64,000 nucleotides of DNA from the NCBI GenBank assembly GCA_963740315.1, contig CAVUDP010000002.1, forward strand, positions 2,816,001-2,880,000, given 5' to 3'. Position 1 is the stretch's first letter, and every line of letters starts with the position of its first letter. This document shows, piece by piece, positions 52,348 to 63,258 of the stretch. The stretch is from an uncultured cyanobacterium. GTDB taxonomy: Bacteria; Cyanobacteriota; Cyanobacteriia; Cyanobacteriales; Nostocaceae. The notes beneath the pieces are model-generated. The model did not search any database, was not told the origin of the DNA, and saw only the letters and a program-made list of their open reading frames with translations. A program made the translations under genes and the position numbers.

Positions 52348-53343
52348 GATTAACCTCAATGTCAAAAATTAATATTTTCAGTTGTTAAACGAAAAAAAGA
52401 TCGCGTAATTAAACGTTCTCAATTTTCAAGCTCTTAGTTTTGACTCTAACTTATATGCATTGCCATTTAATAGTTTCTCCTTCATATTGGCTCACAATAT
52501 CCACTATATTTCAAGATAAGCAAGCGTTAAAAGCTTAAATGAAAAAATTCTTTTTGACGCTTACTTTTATTAGCGAACATTTTCATGAAAAACTATTAGC
52601 GATCGCCATGCAGCGATTACTTTTAAGACAATACAAAATTCACTAACTTTTATATAGCATCCCGACCACCATCTTGTCTTTGTTGCTTTAATCCATGCAC
52701 CAGGAAATATATCGGGCGGTTTACGATCTGGCGCGTTAGCTAGTACAGACGACCAGCCAACCCAAACTAGATTTTATAGTTATGTATTACAGTTCATTTT
52801 TTATAGTTCTCCCTTAAAAGCGATCGGCATGAAATTTTGTATTGAGTTAAGTCACATACAAGATTATATCCTTATATATGCTTATTAAAGTTTTATATTA
52901 CCTTAGTTTTCAACTTGAAAATAAATAGCTTTTAAATATAGGGGTAAAATAAGAGAATAGCACGATCCCGCCTCAATTCTTCATCTGTATGTAACTGTCG
53001 TTTATATTTTCTTAACATTCCCAAAAGCTCGGTAAGCAGGGAACTGTATTGATTAAGTTTTCAGATAGTACTTGACAAAAGAACAGTTATACAATCAAAT
53101 ATATTTGAATTTTTACTAAATGATACGAACAAAATGTTTCAAAATATTAAGAGAATTGCAAGTAGAATGTAACTTTACTTTAAATAACAGCTTTGCTGTA
53201 GAACTTCTCTTATCATAAGCAAGCACTGCGAGCTAGGTATTTTTAAGATACCGATTTTTTCACGATTTAACGCTCCCATTGCTATAGTTATGCAAAGTTA
53301 TGCTTTGTCTTCGGTCAATATAATTAAACGAATAATACTATTT

Positions 53344-53643
53344 ATGAGCAACGGTAAAAGTCTTGATTCGGATAAGTTATCTTACAAATTGCAAGAAATT
53401 GCAGATTCAACACATGAATATTCTGCCCTTTGTCAAGGAGATACTGTCGCGGTTTTAGCATTGCTTAGGCAGTTAGAAAAATTGCACCGAGAAATCCGAG
53501 ACGGTATATTTCAAAAAACTTTACCTGATAATCGTCAAGCACTATATTCGCTATTAAAAGATATAGAAGCGGAAGGAGGATGGCCATATATCCAACGTAT
53601 GAAGCTTCTAGATTTGATGGTGAATTTGGAACCCTCGGAGTAA
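53344..53643 (+). CDS. conserved hypothetical protein
   Basis: LLRQLE.LHREIRD..FQ..LP.NRQALY.LL.DIE..GGWPYI.RM; probable ATG at 53344. Confidence 0.75.
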   Translation: MSNGKSLDSDKLSYKLQEIADSTHEYSALCQGDTVAVLALLRQLEKLHREIRDGIFQKTLPDNRQALYSLLKDIEAEGGWPYIQRMKLLDLMVNLEPSE

Positions 53644-53697
53644 AGAAGATGCCGCTCTCGAATTGAATTCAAACTTGATTTAACTTGATGACTGCTG

Positions 53698-56600
53698 CTA
53701 ACTAATACCCTGACAAAGTTTGCGATCGCCAGAATCGACATTGCGGTTGTACTGGAGGTAATCGCCTACCCAGTGACAACCGCGTACTAGCAAGTTATTT
53801 AGGTCTAAGTTCCATAAAACTATTGTGTTATCGTCGCCCGCAGATGCTAAGGTTTGACCATCCGGGCTAAAGCTAACGTCTAAAACTGGGGCTTGATGTT
53901 CGCTGAGGGATTTGATTAATTTACCTTCACTGCTCCAAAGTTTGACGGTGCTATCCCAACTAGCAGCAGCAAGAACTTCTCCGTTGGGACTGAACGTAAC
54001 AGCACTAACGCTATCGCCATAACCTTTTAATAAAGTTTTTAGCAGAGTGCCATCCCAACGCCATAGCCTGACGGTATTATCCCAACTAGCAGAAGCCAGC
54101 AAGTTATTGCTAGGACTAAAGCTGACACCTAATACCCAGCCAGAATGAGGTAAAAATGTTTTTAATAAGATACCATCTCGCTGCCACAATTTTACAGTTT
54201 GGTCGTCAGAGCCAGAAGCTAAAACTTGAGAATCGGTACTAAAGCGAACGCTATTTACGCTTCCTTGATGTCCTTTTAGAGTTTTGAGCAGTTTACCTTG
54301 GGGATTCCACAGCTTTACCGTCTTATCTTTACTGGCAGATGCAAGGAACTTTCCGTCAGGACTAAAACTAATACTCGTCACGCTGTCGTTATGTCCCTGA
54401 AGAGTTTTGAGTAATTTACCATCTCGCCGCCAAAGCTTTATGCTTTTGTCGTAGCTTGCTGAAGCTAAGATTTCGCCGTTTGGGTGAAAACTAACGCTGG
54501 TGACTCTATCGGAATGTCCCAACAAAGTCTTGTAAAGATGAGTTTGGGATCGAACACCGCTAGGTTGGCGCTGCCACAGCTTTACCGTGTTATCGCGACT
54601 GCTAGAAGCTAAAATGTTCCCATCGGGACTCCAAGCAACACTTAAAACCCGGTCTGAATGTCCTTCCAAGACGGGTAATGTAGGAGGATTTAAACTCCAA
54701 AGTTTGACGCTTTTATCATAACTTGCCGATGCTAATAATTTATTATCGGGGCTGAATGAAACACTAGCTACAGCATCGCTATGACCTTTAAAAGTTTTAA
54801 TTAACTTACCATTACTAACATCTACGAGGTTAATAATGTTGTCATCTCCGCACGAAGCCAGCTTTTCGCCTGTAGAATCAAAATTTAGACTCCAAATCGT
54901 ACCGTTATGCTGCTGTGAATTCCGATAAGGACGGTATGTGAAACTGTTTTCACCGTCTTGCTGTTCGCGTCGCCAAAGTTTAACAATACCGCTTCTACCA
55001 GCAGAAGCTAACGTTTTACCGTCTGGACTAAAATTAGCAACAGTTACCCCTTCGCGATCGCCTTGTAAAGTAGTTAATAAACTGCCATCTAGTTTCCATA
55101 TTTTTACGGTACCATCATCACTGCCTGAAGCAATAAACCGTCCGTCGGGGCTGAAAGTCACCCAATTAATCCAAGCTTGGTGTCCCCGGAGAATTTTTAA
55201 TAATTTACCGTTGCTGTTCCAGATTTTAACAGTTCGATCTTTACTGCCAGTAGCTAACAATTTACCATCAGGACTAAAACTAACCTTGTCCACCCAATCT
55301 CCATGAACGAGAGTTGTAACGGGTTGCCAATCAAATTCTCCCGTTGCGGGATTTTTGCGCCAAATTTTGACAGTTTTATCTCGACTTGCAGAAGCAAGCA
55401 GACTACCATCGGGACTAAAAGTCAAACTGGTAATGCTCTCGCGGTGACTTTGCAAAGTTTGTAATAAACTACCATCAGTACGCCATATTTTCACGCTTCG
55501 ATCGCGACTTCCCGATGCTAATAATTTACCGTCAGGGCTGAAACTGACATCCCAAACAATATCGCCATGTCCTTCCAAACGGTTGACTTCAGTTACTCCA
55601 TAAACCGCTTGCTGTAAGGCGGTAACAACTCGCATCTGTGTATCCGGTTGAATTCCATGTCCGCGTTTAAGCTTTCTCCAAGCACGCAAACTTTCAACTA
55701 AAGCATCAAATTCTTTGTTGGAGGCAAATAAAGCTTCGGAAGCGGCAGTCAAGGCACTAATTTTCAGGTTATTTTCGCTACGTTCGGCGCGTAAACTTTG
55801 ACTAATTGCAGCTTTCTTTTGCAGGTCAGCTTGCCACCACAACCCGCCGATGGTAGAGGACATAACCGCTAACGCAAAGCCTGCTAAACGGGCTTCTCGC
55901 AAGCGTCGTTGAAGTATAGAATTTAGCTTTTCTTGCGATAGTTTTTGCGCGACTTCTGCTTGGCTTTTTTCAAAGCGGACTTTTTCTAGTTCGGCGATGA
56001 TTCCATAGTCGTTACGAATGCGAATGGGTTTGACTAAATAATCGTGAACCAACTGATAACGCTCGCCAGACTCTTGGAGTACTCGCAACACCAAACCGCT
56101 GCCGACAAGAATTTCTAAAATTAATTCTACGGTAGTGAGATTGTAAGAATGCATGAAGCCCTCCGTCTCCGAAATCGTCTCGCTCGTTTCTAGATGACTT
56201 TCTTGACGAGACTGCCTGCCAAATATAGAAACTTCTTCATGTCGCTTAAAGATTTGAGAGAAACTAAAATCTAAATTTTGATTCACTTTCATGAAAAAAT
56301 TGTCCGATCGAGTTTCCCGTTCTTCCTCATATGTGTCTTCTTCTCTAAAAACAACGGTAACTAATTCAGCCTTAGTTTTAAGAGGTCGCGTACCTTTTTC
56401 ATCTGTTAATTCAAACAGTAATTTCCAGCTTAATTGTTCGTTTTCTTGACCGCAATCGTAAATAACTTTTTCTAACCAGTGCTGGACTAATTTCTCCGAA
56501 CCACCACTGTGCTGATATTCTCTAAGTGTGGTAATATTTTCTGCTTCTAATTGAGCGCCGACAATTTGCAGTTCTATCGGATGTACTTGTCGAGTTTCTC

Positions 56601-58866
56601 CAGCTAAATCCTCAACCAATTTATTAATTAATTCATCGCTTAATTGGTAATGAGAACGTTCTGTAAGACTATGGATAATACTATTCGCATCAATGGGAGT
56701 AAAATTACCTAAGTAATAACGGATGTTTTTATCGAGAATATTTTTATTAATTACTCCTAAATCGTCAGATTCTCCACTATGGATCTGGCTTATCCGCTCA
56801 AATTCTAAAAGATAATGCAGATAATCTTCGCGTAAAGAAAGAACAACTTTAACAAACGGAATATTCAAACATTTATTGAAAAAGCTGTAAAATTCTATTC
56901 TTTGTTTTGTGTCCTGTTTGACAAAGAAAAATTCTTCTAACTGGTCAAAAATTAAAATTACAGTGTAATTATGATCTGCTAACAACCGTAGTTTTTCGAC
57001 TATAATCTCAACTGTAATTTCTATTGCTAAAGATATGGAAGTACGAGCGATCGCCTGATTTAAACTCCGTCCTAAAGCTGTTATCCAATCGGTATAAACA
57101 GATAAAACAATTGGTAAAGCAATACGTCCGCCGATCGTATTTTGTTTTAATGCTGGAACTAAACCCGCTTTGATAATTGAGCTTTTACCGACTCCCGATG
57201 GTCCGTGAACTACTGTCAGTTTACAGTCAGCGCGAGTCATTTTTTCTAGGAGGCAATGGACATCTTGCTGTCTTCCTGAAGCTGCGATTTCCTGAGCAAC
57301 CTGATCGGGGATTGATGAAATTTGTTGCGGCTGTAAGATTGGATTGATTCTATAACGCTGCGGTTGCAGTTGACTCGCACCGATAAAAGCCCGAAAGCCG
57401 TATTGATGCTCAATCTGAATTTTTTCCCGTTTGAGTTTAAAAGCTTCTAAGTAATCGTGGCGTTCGCAAAAATAAAGCGAGCGTAATTCTTCAACAATTT
57501 CTAGGTACAAAGAAGGTTCGTATTGGGCTTCGCAAACTACTTTTGCCCATTCCAAAGTATTAACGGCTTCATCCCATTCACCCAAATTTCGTAAAGTGCG
57601 TCCAAGTAATAGCAGATACCAACTTTCTTGTTGGCGAGAGACTTCTGGCACTTCTTCGGCAATGGAAAGGGCTATATTTGCTAATTCATGGGCTTGCAGC
57701 CAATCAGACTTGGAAGCAGCTACAACACAGAGAAATCCATAATCTTGGGCAACCAGTATTTTGTTACCAGATGATTGATGTAACTGCAAAGAATGGGACG
57801 CGAGTTGTGATAAATCATCCCACTGTTGCAAACGTTGCAGCATTTCACAGGCGGGAAAAATGAATTTGGCACTTAAGTCTTTTTGCCCTGTTGTTTCAAA
57901 GATATCTAAGCATTGCCTAAACCAATTTAAAGCATTTTGCCAGAAGCTGATATTGGCAGCAGGTTGTAAATCTGCTAAGCGTCGGTAACACAGCCCCAGG
58001 TGGAACATGACTACTGCTTGGCGAGTTAGGGAGAGGATGGGGAGAGGGGATGGGGTTCGGGGGGGATGGGGAGAGTTCGTTTTGATTTCTTGTTCCCATA
58101 GCTCTAAACTGCGCTGGTAATGCAATAGCGCTTCGTCGATGTTGTCGTTGACGTAGTTATCGCGTCCAAGTACAAATTCTAGACTTGCTTCTAGTATTGG
58201 TTCTAATTTGATGTCGTAAAGACGAAATAAATCGTTACGCGCTGATTCAATCTCTCGACGCTGCTGGGATTTTGGATCTAAAAGTAAAGCCGCATTTGAT
58301 AAAAACTTTTGTGCCCCTGCATCTATAACTTTGTCAAATAAAGATTGTGTTTTTTGCTGGATAAGACGAACTAAATCCGGAGCAGCCATTTCAAATTTAA
58401 TTGTGGTTGCTGCCCAGCTTTTAAAATCGGGGGCAAATCGCGACAACGATGTTCCGACTTCATCTTTGAGCCACAATACTATCGGAAAAGTAAAGGTATC
58501 GGCATAGATATCTCGTGCTTGGTTTATACCGCTCAGTAAATCTTCTAAGTTGGTAACTGACTCCAGCCCAAATACCATTACGGCAGTTGGGAAAGAATCT
58601 GTTTTCACGGCAGGTATATCTAAAAATAATTCTGAAACTATAGTGCTGTGTAAAGCTGCGGTTGAGGGAGATAAATATACCTCTCGCAAATTTACGTCTC
58701 TGGTTTGCGAGCGAATATTGTCCAATACCTGCTTGCACAATTCCGTGTAATTGCACCGCACTAGAATCAGAGAAAATTGACCGTTGGAAAGCGCAATTGC
58801 CCGAATCAGTCTTTGCAGGGAATGCTGATTAGAAATGGCGATGTCCGTAAGAGTTGTATTACTCAT
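53698..58866 (-). CDS. multidomain protein: degenerate ATPase-like N-terminus, TPR, STAND NTPase, TM helix, about 14 WD40 repeats
   Basis: Walker A GPSGVGKSS, Walker B LIFDQLEE, LSLREDY, YQLVHDYL and many GH...V.FSPDG..LAS.S.D.TVKLW repeats. Confidence 0.9.
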   Translation of the reverse strand: MSNTTLTDIAISNQHSLQRLIRAIALSNGQFSLILVRCNYTELCKQVLDNIRSQTRDVNLREVYLSPSTAALHSTIVSELFLDIPAVKTDSFPTAVMVFGLESVTNLEDLLSGINQARDIYADTFTFPIVLWLKDEVGTSLSRFAPDFKSWAATTIKFEMAAPDLVRLIQQKTQSLFDKVIDAGAQKFLSNAALLLDPKSQQRREIESARNDLFRLYDIKLEPILEASLEFVLGRDNYVNDNIDEALLHYQRSLELWEQEIKTNSPHPPRTPSPLPILSLTRQAVVMFHLGLCYRRLADLQPAANISFWQNALNWFRQCLDIFETTGQKDLSAKFIFPACEMLQRLQQWDDLSQLASHSLQLHQSSGNKILVAQDYGFLCVVAASKSDWLQAHELANIALSIAEEVPEVSRQQESWYLLLLGRTLRNLGEWDEAVNTLEWAKVVCEAQYEPSLYLEIVEELRSLYFCERHDYLEAFKLKREKIQIEHQYGFRAFIGASQLQPQRYRINPILQPQQISSIPDQVAQEIAASGRQQDVHCLLEKMTRADCKLTVVHGPSGVGKSSIIKAGLVPALKQNTIGGRIALPIVLSVYTDWITALGRSLNQAIARTSISLAIEITVEIIVEKLRLLADHNYTVILIFDQLEEFFFVKQDTKQRIEFYSFFNKCLNIPFVKVVLSLREDYLHYLLEFERISQIHSGESDDLGVINKNILDKNIRYYLGNFTPIDANSIIHSLTERSHYQLSDELINKLVEDLAGETRQVHPIELQIVGAQLEAENITTLREYQHSGGSEKLVQHWLEKVIYDCGQENEQLSWKLLFELTDEKGTRPLKTKAELVTVVFREEDTYEEERETRSDNFFMKVNQNLDFSFSQIFKRHEEVSIFGRQSRQESHLETSETISETEGFMHSYNLTTVELILEILVGSGLVLRVLQESGERYQLVHDYLVKPIRIRNDYGIIAELEKVRFEKSQAEVAQKLSQEKLNSILQRRLREARLAGFALAVMSSTIGGLWWQADLQKKAAISQSLRAERSENNLKISALTAASEALFASNKEFDALVESLRAWRKLKRGHGIQPDTQMRVVTALQQAVYGVTEVNRLEGHGDIVWDVSFSPDGKLLASGSRDRSVKIWRTDGSLLQTLQSHRESITSLTFSPDGSLLASASRDKTVKIWRKNPATGEFDWQPVTTLVHGDWVDKVSFSPDGKLLATGSKDRTVKIWNSNGKLLKILRGHQAWINWVTFSPDGRFIASGSDDGTVKIWKLDGSLLTTLQGDREGVTVANFSPDGKTLASAGRSGIVKLWRREQQDGENSFTYRPYRNSQQHNGTIWSLNFDSTGEKLASCGDDNIINLVDVSNGKLIKTFKGHSDAVASVSFSPDNKLLASASYDKSVKLWSLNPPTLPVLEGHSDRVLSVAWSPDGNILASSSRDNTVKLWQRQPSGVRSQTHLYKTLLGHSDRVTSVSFHPNGEILASASYDKSIKLWRRDGKLLKTLQGHNDSVTSISFSPDGKFLASASKDKTVKLWNPQGKLLKTLKGHQGSVNSVRFSTDSQVLASGSDDQTVKLWQRDGILLKTFLPHSGWVLGVSFSPSNNLLASASWDNTVRLWRWDGTLLKTLLKGYGDSVSAVTFSPNGEVLAAASWDSTVKLWSSEGKLIKSLSEHQAPVLDVSFSPDGQTLASAGDDNTIVLWNLDLNNLLVRGCHWVGDYLQYNRNVDSGDRKLCQGIS

Positions 58867-59319
58867 AGCTACTTGCTTCTTTTTTGACGTTGTGTCAATT
58901 CGATTTTGGATTTTGCGGAAAGTTGGGTGGGTTTAGGTTTCAGCAAACTTTCCTGCATCGGATTTTGGATAAATAATTCATGCTTCAACTAACGATCGAA
59001 CCGGAAAAGGCAAATTATTCATAGGCAGTAGGCAGTGGGCAGCTTTGCTGTAGTGACTCACCCTTATTCATAGTGAGATTGAAAAATTGACGTTTTATAC
59101 TTCGCTGCAAGCAGGCTCTGTATAATTATTTATTTTTACTCAGCTTCAAACTCATAACTAAAGTTTAAATTGATACTTTTTACCCACTGCCGACTGCCTT
59201 TTTTTGTAAACGATCGCGATCGTGTTTTTATGAAAAGAAATCGGGTTTATTTCTACTTGCGCTTTTTGCTCTTACGATCGCCAAATAGAGCGAGCGTGTT
59301 AGGAGCAATGCTTTTTGTG

Positions 59320-60678
59320 TCAGCTAGAAAAAGTTGCCGGAATCTTGTAGTCAGATTGCTCCCAAGCCAGAACTCTTTCAGTTTCTGCTAATGCCGGACT
59401 AATACCAAACCAACGCCCTTTCACATCTCGGTATTCAAATACAAACATACTCCGCAGCAATCTTTGATATTCAGACTCGCCTCTAACAGTCTGCTGATTG
59501 ACAACTTCATAAAGTAATTGCCATTCTTCATCGTCAATGGCTAAAAGTAAATCATCGCGATAATCTTTGATTACTGCTTCCAAACAAGAACGCTCGAAGG
59601 GGGGATCTTGTCGCTGCAAACAACTGTAAAGTAAACCTAATAAATTCCGAATATGACCGCCACTTACCCGACACAAACGGTCTAAAGTTTCGGAACTATC
59701 GAATATTTCGTGAATCAATTTTAACCTGACATCAAAAGAAGCTTCGGGAAATGCCCTTGCTAAAACCAACTGACGCAACAGAGCCATTCCCGCTTCGCTG
59801 TCACCACCATCTCTTTGGCGCACCAATACCATCGGCAATACTTTGGGCGCAATACCACCCCCCAACCGATTTTTCAGCGTTTCGTACTCGCCTCCAAAAA
59901 TTAACGCTAAAGGAATCGTATAAACCACATGACACATCAGGCGACGTAACTGTTCGCCTCTGTCAATAAACAAATATTCAGGTTGCGATCGCCCTGATGG
60001 CATCGGGCGCATATCAACTCTATCTAAGTTGTCAATAATTACAACTATTCCTTTTTGTCCCCTCTGCTGTAGCTGTTTGGTAGCTTTATCTAGTACCTCT
60101 TCGTTAATCGCCTGCAAAATACTGTTGGTACGCGGTTCTAGATATTGCCTGAGTTGAGAACGCATTTGGGGACTATCTTTGGCTTTGGCGCTAATTTTGG
60201 CAATACCTAAAGAAAACTCCGCTTCTGCGGAAATGTCTATAGGAGTTTGTAAAAAATCCCCAATTTCTTTGAATAAATTAGCAAAGTAACCGGGCTTTAG
60301 CTTAATGTTTATGGCTTCCAAACTGGCGCTAACTTGACGGGCTACACTCAGCAAAATATCGCTGACATCTATATCCGCCATATCCAAATCTTGGCTGGAC
60401 TCAAAATAAACTACGTGGAATCCCGATTGTTCTAATTCTGCTTTGAGGCGCTGTAGCTCAGTTGATTTACCGCAGCCAATATGACCTGTAAATAGTTGGC
60501 AGGTTGGTTCATCCGGAGAAATACGCACAATTGTTCGTTGCAATTCTTCTACTATCTTGCAACCCCGGACTTTAGAAAAATCTATGTAGTATTTTCGGTC
60601 GGAATCATCGCCTATAACCAGCGTTCTGCTAGGATTACAAGCTTTAAAAAACCTTAACAAATTTAGTGGAGTTTTCAT
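59320..60678 (-). CDS. P-loop (AAA-like) ATPase
   Basis: Walker A GHIGCGKST, Walker B VIIDNLD and SGGHIR; probable start MKTPL at 60678. Confidence 0.88.
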   Translation of the reverse strand: MKTPLNLLRFFKACNPSRTLVIGDDSDRKYYIDFSKVRGCKIVEELQRTIVRISPDEPTCQLFTGHIGCGKSTELQRLKAELEQSGFHVVYFESSQDLDMADIDVSDILLSVARQVSASLEAINIKLKPGYFANLFKEIGDFLQTPIDISAEAEFSLGIAKISAKAKDSPQMRSQLRQYLEPRTNSILQAINEEVLDKATKQLQQRGQKGIVVIIDNLDRVDMRPMPSGRSQPEYLFIDRGEQLRRLMCHVVYTIPLALIFGGEYETLKNRLGGGIAPKVLPMVLVRQRDGGDSEAGMALLRQLVLARAFPEASFDVRLKLIHEIFDSSETLDRLCRVSGGHIRNLLGLLYSCLQRQDPPFERSCLEAVIKDYRDDLLLAIDDEEWQLLYEVVNQQTVRGESEYQRLLRSMFVFEYRDVKGRWFGISPALAETERVLAWEQSDYKIPATFSS

Positions 60679-61524
60679 GTAGATGCACTTTATATAAATT
60701 TCCATTATCAACGTCAACGAGCAGCACAAAACGCGCACGTTTCCTCGCTTTCCAAATGACTACGAGGTCTGGTTGATAAGTTTTTCCCCTGATGTTTTAA
60801 GCGCGTATTATTACTGTTATAGCGCTATTGGTATTTTGACAAAACACGTGGTTTCAACTATAACTCTTTTGTAACAAATAGCCACAGTCCCTTTTGGTAT
60901 CAAAAGCTACTTTACACAAACCTTAACTTGCACTTAAGTATTAATTGTAGCCAATCATGCATAACTTTCTTTTTTTTATTTGTCAAGTTGCTTTGAATAT
61001 ATCTACTATTTTTTGCCAAAAAAGAATATGTTAGTCTTCGATGCAGTAATGCTTGAGGCGTGTATAATATGGGATTTAATTATCTAGGATTAGTTGAGTA
61101 CGGTGTCGCTCAGTTGTTTCTGTGCAAATTGCTCCAAAGTAGGAGAGTCTTTCAACCCGAAGGAAAAATTTTAGTAACGTATATCACAAAGAATCCAATC
61201 CGCGATATTATAACTGCTGCTATTGACGTTAAAAAGTAAAATACCTGTAATTTTAAATCGACTTTCTGGGATTTTGTAGCGCTTTGACTTGAAAATAAAT
61301 GTCACTCTAAAGTACAAAGGCTACATTAGAGCAAAAATACGAGCCTAAATCGATGTAGGCACGGGTTACAATTTTTCGGCAGGGGCAACTTTTAAAATTA
61401 ATTTGTGGTGTATCGGGCATCAAGGAATATCTAAGTTCGTCTTGCCGACTTTAAAACTCTGACTTCAACTAATTTATTCATCTTCATACAATAACTTGAA
61501 CAAAAATGCATTTCTGAGGTTTAA

Positions 61525-62361
61525 ATGCCCGATATTTTATCAGTTTCCTCTACAGATTTGGAACAGCGCCGCGAAAAATTACGCCGCTATAGAAAGATAA
61601 AAATTATTAGTACAATTTGGCGTAGCCTCGCAGTGACGGGGCTTGCTGGTGGTTTACTGTGGTTTTTGATTCAACCAATATGGGTGTTAAAAAGTAAGCT
61701 TGACATCACTGTTTCCGGAAATGAGTTAATAACAGATGAAGCGATACAGTCAAAAATGCAATTATCATATCCTAAATCTTTGTGGCGCGTTGAACCCAGC
61801 CGCTTAAGTGCATCTTTAGAGCAGCAACCAGGTATAACCCAAGCAACTGTAACCCGTCGCTTGTTTCCACCAGGGTTAACAGTCAAAGTATCCGAAATAT
61901 TGCCTGTAGCGATTACGATAAGCCCAGGGGCGTCAGATGCTAACTCTACAAATCAAACAGTAACCGGATTAGTCGATATAAATGGTGTTTGGGTGATGAA
62001 GGAAAACTACAAATCAATTCCCCAGAGTAAGTTACCTAGTCTTAAACTGATAGGTGAGGTGCCACAGTGTATTCCCGAATGGAAACAGTTTTATCAAGCA
62101 GTAAGCCAAAGTTCGGTAAAAGTGATTGAAATTGATTGTCAAAACCCTAATAATATAATTTTAAAAACAGAATTGGGTTTGGTACATATTGGCAGCCCAA
62201 CTTCTAAATTAACGGAAAAAATTAAATTATTAGCAAAAATCCGCCGCTTACCAGCACAAGTAAATATGAGTCAAATCGAATTTATAAATTTAACAGACCC
62301 AGAAACTATTTTAGTACAGATGAACCACAAAACATTGCGAATTGACTCTCAAAATCCATAA
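61525..62361 (+). CDS. ftsQ: cell division protein FtsQ
   Basis: Basic N-terminus, one TM helix, POTRA domain (V.RRLFPPGLTV.V.E); upstream of ftsZ. Confidence 0.9.
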   Translation: MPDILSVSSTDLEQRREKLRRYRKIKIISTIWRSLAVTGLAGGLLWFLIQPIWVLKSKLDITVSGNELITDEAIQSKMQLSYPKSLWRVEPSRLSASLEQQPGITQATVTRRLFPPGLTVKVSEILPVAITISPGASDANSTNQTVTGLVDINGVWVMKENYKSIPQSKLPSLKLIGEVPQCIPEWKQFYQAVSQSSVKVIEIDCQNPNNIILKTELGLVHIGSPTSKLTEKIKLLAKIRRLPAQVNMSQIEFINLTDPETILVQMNHKTLRIDSQNP

Positions 62362-63258
62362 GATTAGATTGAGTTAACTCCAATGTATAAAACACTCCTG
62401 GTTTATAAATTAGTTTTATGCTGATAAATATATATTAATGATTGTTGTTTTTCAGGTAATGTATACCACAATTAAGATTCTTCCTTCGATTTGAATTTCA
62501 AAAAAGAATCAAAAACCTACCGTTAGGGAGTATAAACCTCCTGCATGTTGTAGGAAGCTTAAGTGCAAGGGTACAAGATGTAAGACAATAAGCACGGTTG
62601 ACGTTTCGGGGGAAGGGTAAGCACAATCCGTCTATCATTCGATCGGTAGGAGTAACTGTATTATTCTAAGACGCGCATAGGGGCATCTTGAGAAGTTATA
62701 CGAGTAGTAACTGGAGTTAGAAGTTAAAAATTTATTTTACATAAAGATAATTTCTGTCCTTATAACTCGCAATATCTATTGACGAAAGGATTTTAACATC
62801 ATCATTCAAGACTTGTATCAGTGTTTTAGTTGTTTATTTGTTTTCAATGTTTCTAAAAATAACCAGTATTTATGGCGACACCAAAACAAAAACAAACACT
62901 ATTAGTTGTAAAATTGATGACCAATATCCATTAAACACAAGAAGGAGGTCTAAGTAGGCATAAATGAAGGTATAACAAGTAAAAATTGCCAAAAATTGCT
63001 AAGCCAGTTGAACTTATACAGTTCTTTCTTTAAGTAAATATTAAGTATACAACTCTTGAATCAGTTGTCTGTCGTGGAATTTTAACGACTGCCAATTAAA
63101 GTAATTTTCACGCTGTCATTCCTGCATTGGTTTGGAAAGCATGAGATACGAAAACAACATTGCCCCTCGTGAATAATAGAAGCAGTGTTTATCTAGAGTT
63201 AACGCGAGCGGGTAAATAACACCCCCAAAAGTCGTTTATCTGAATGTATGTAAATCCA

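Noticed and set aside
59026..59200. 17-bp inverted repeat AGGCAGTAGGCAGTGGG / CCCACTGCCGACTGCCT as a possible MITE
   Set aside because: The arms are heptamer STRR units and there is no second copy in the window; treated as ordinary inverted STRRs.
62362..63258. Hidden gene in the 900-bp ftsQ-ftsZ gap
   Set aside because: No credible ORF or RNA motif was found; most likely promoters and a long leader.
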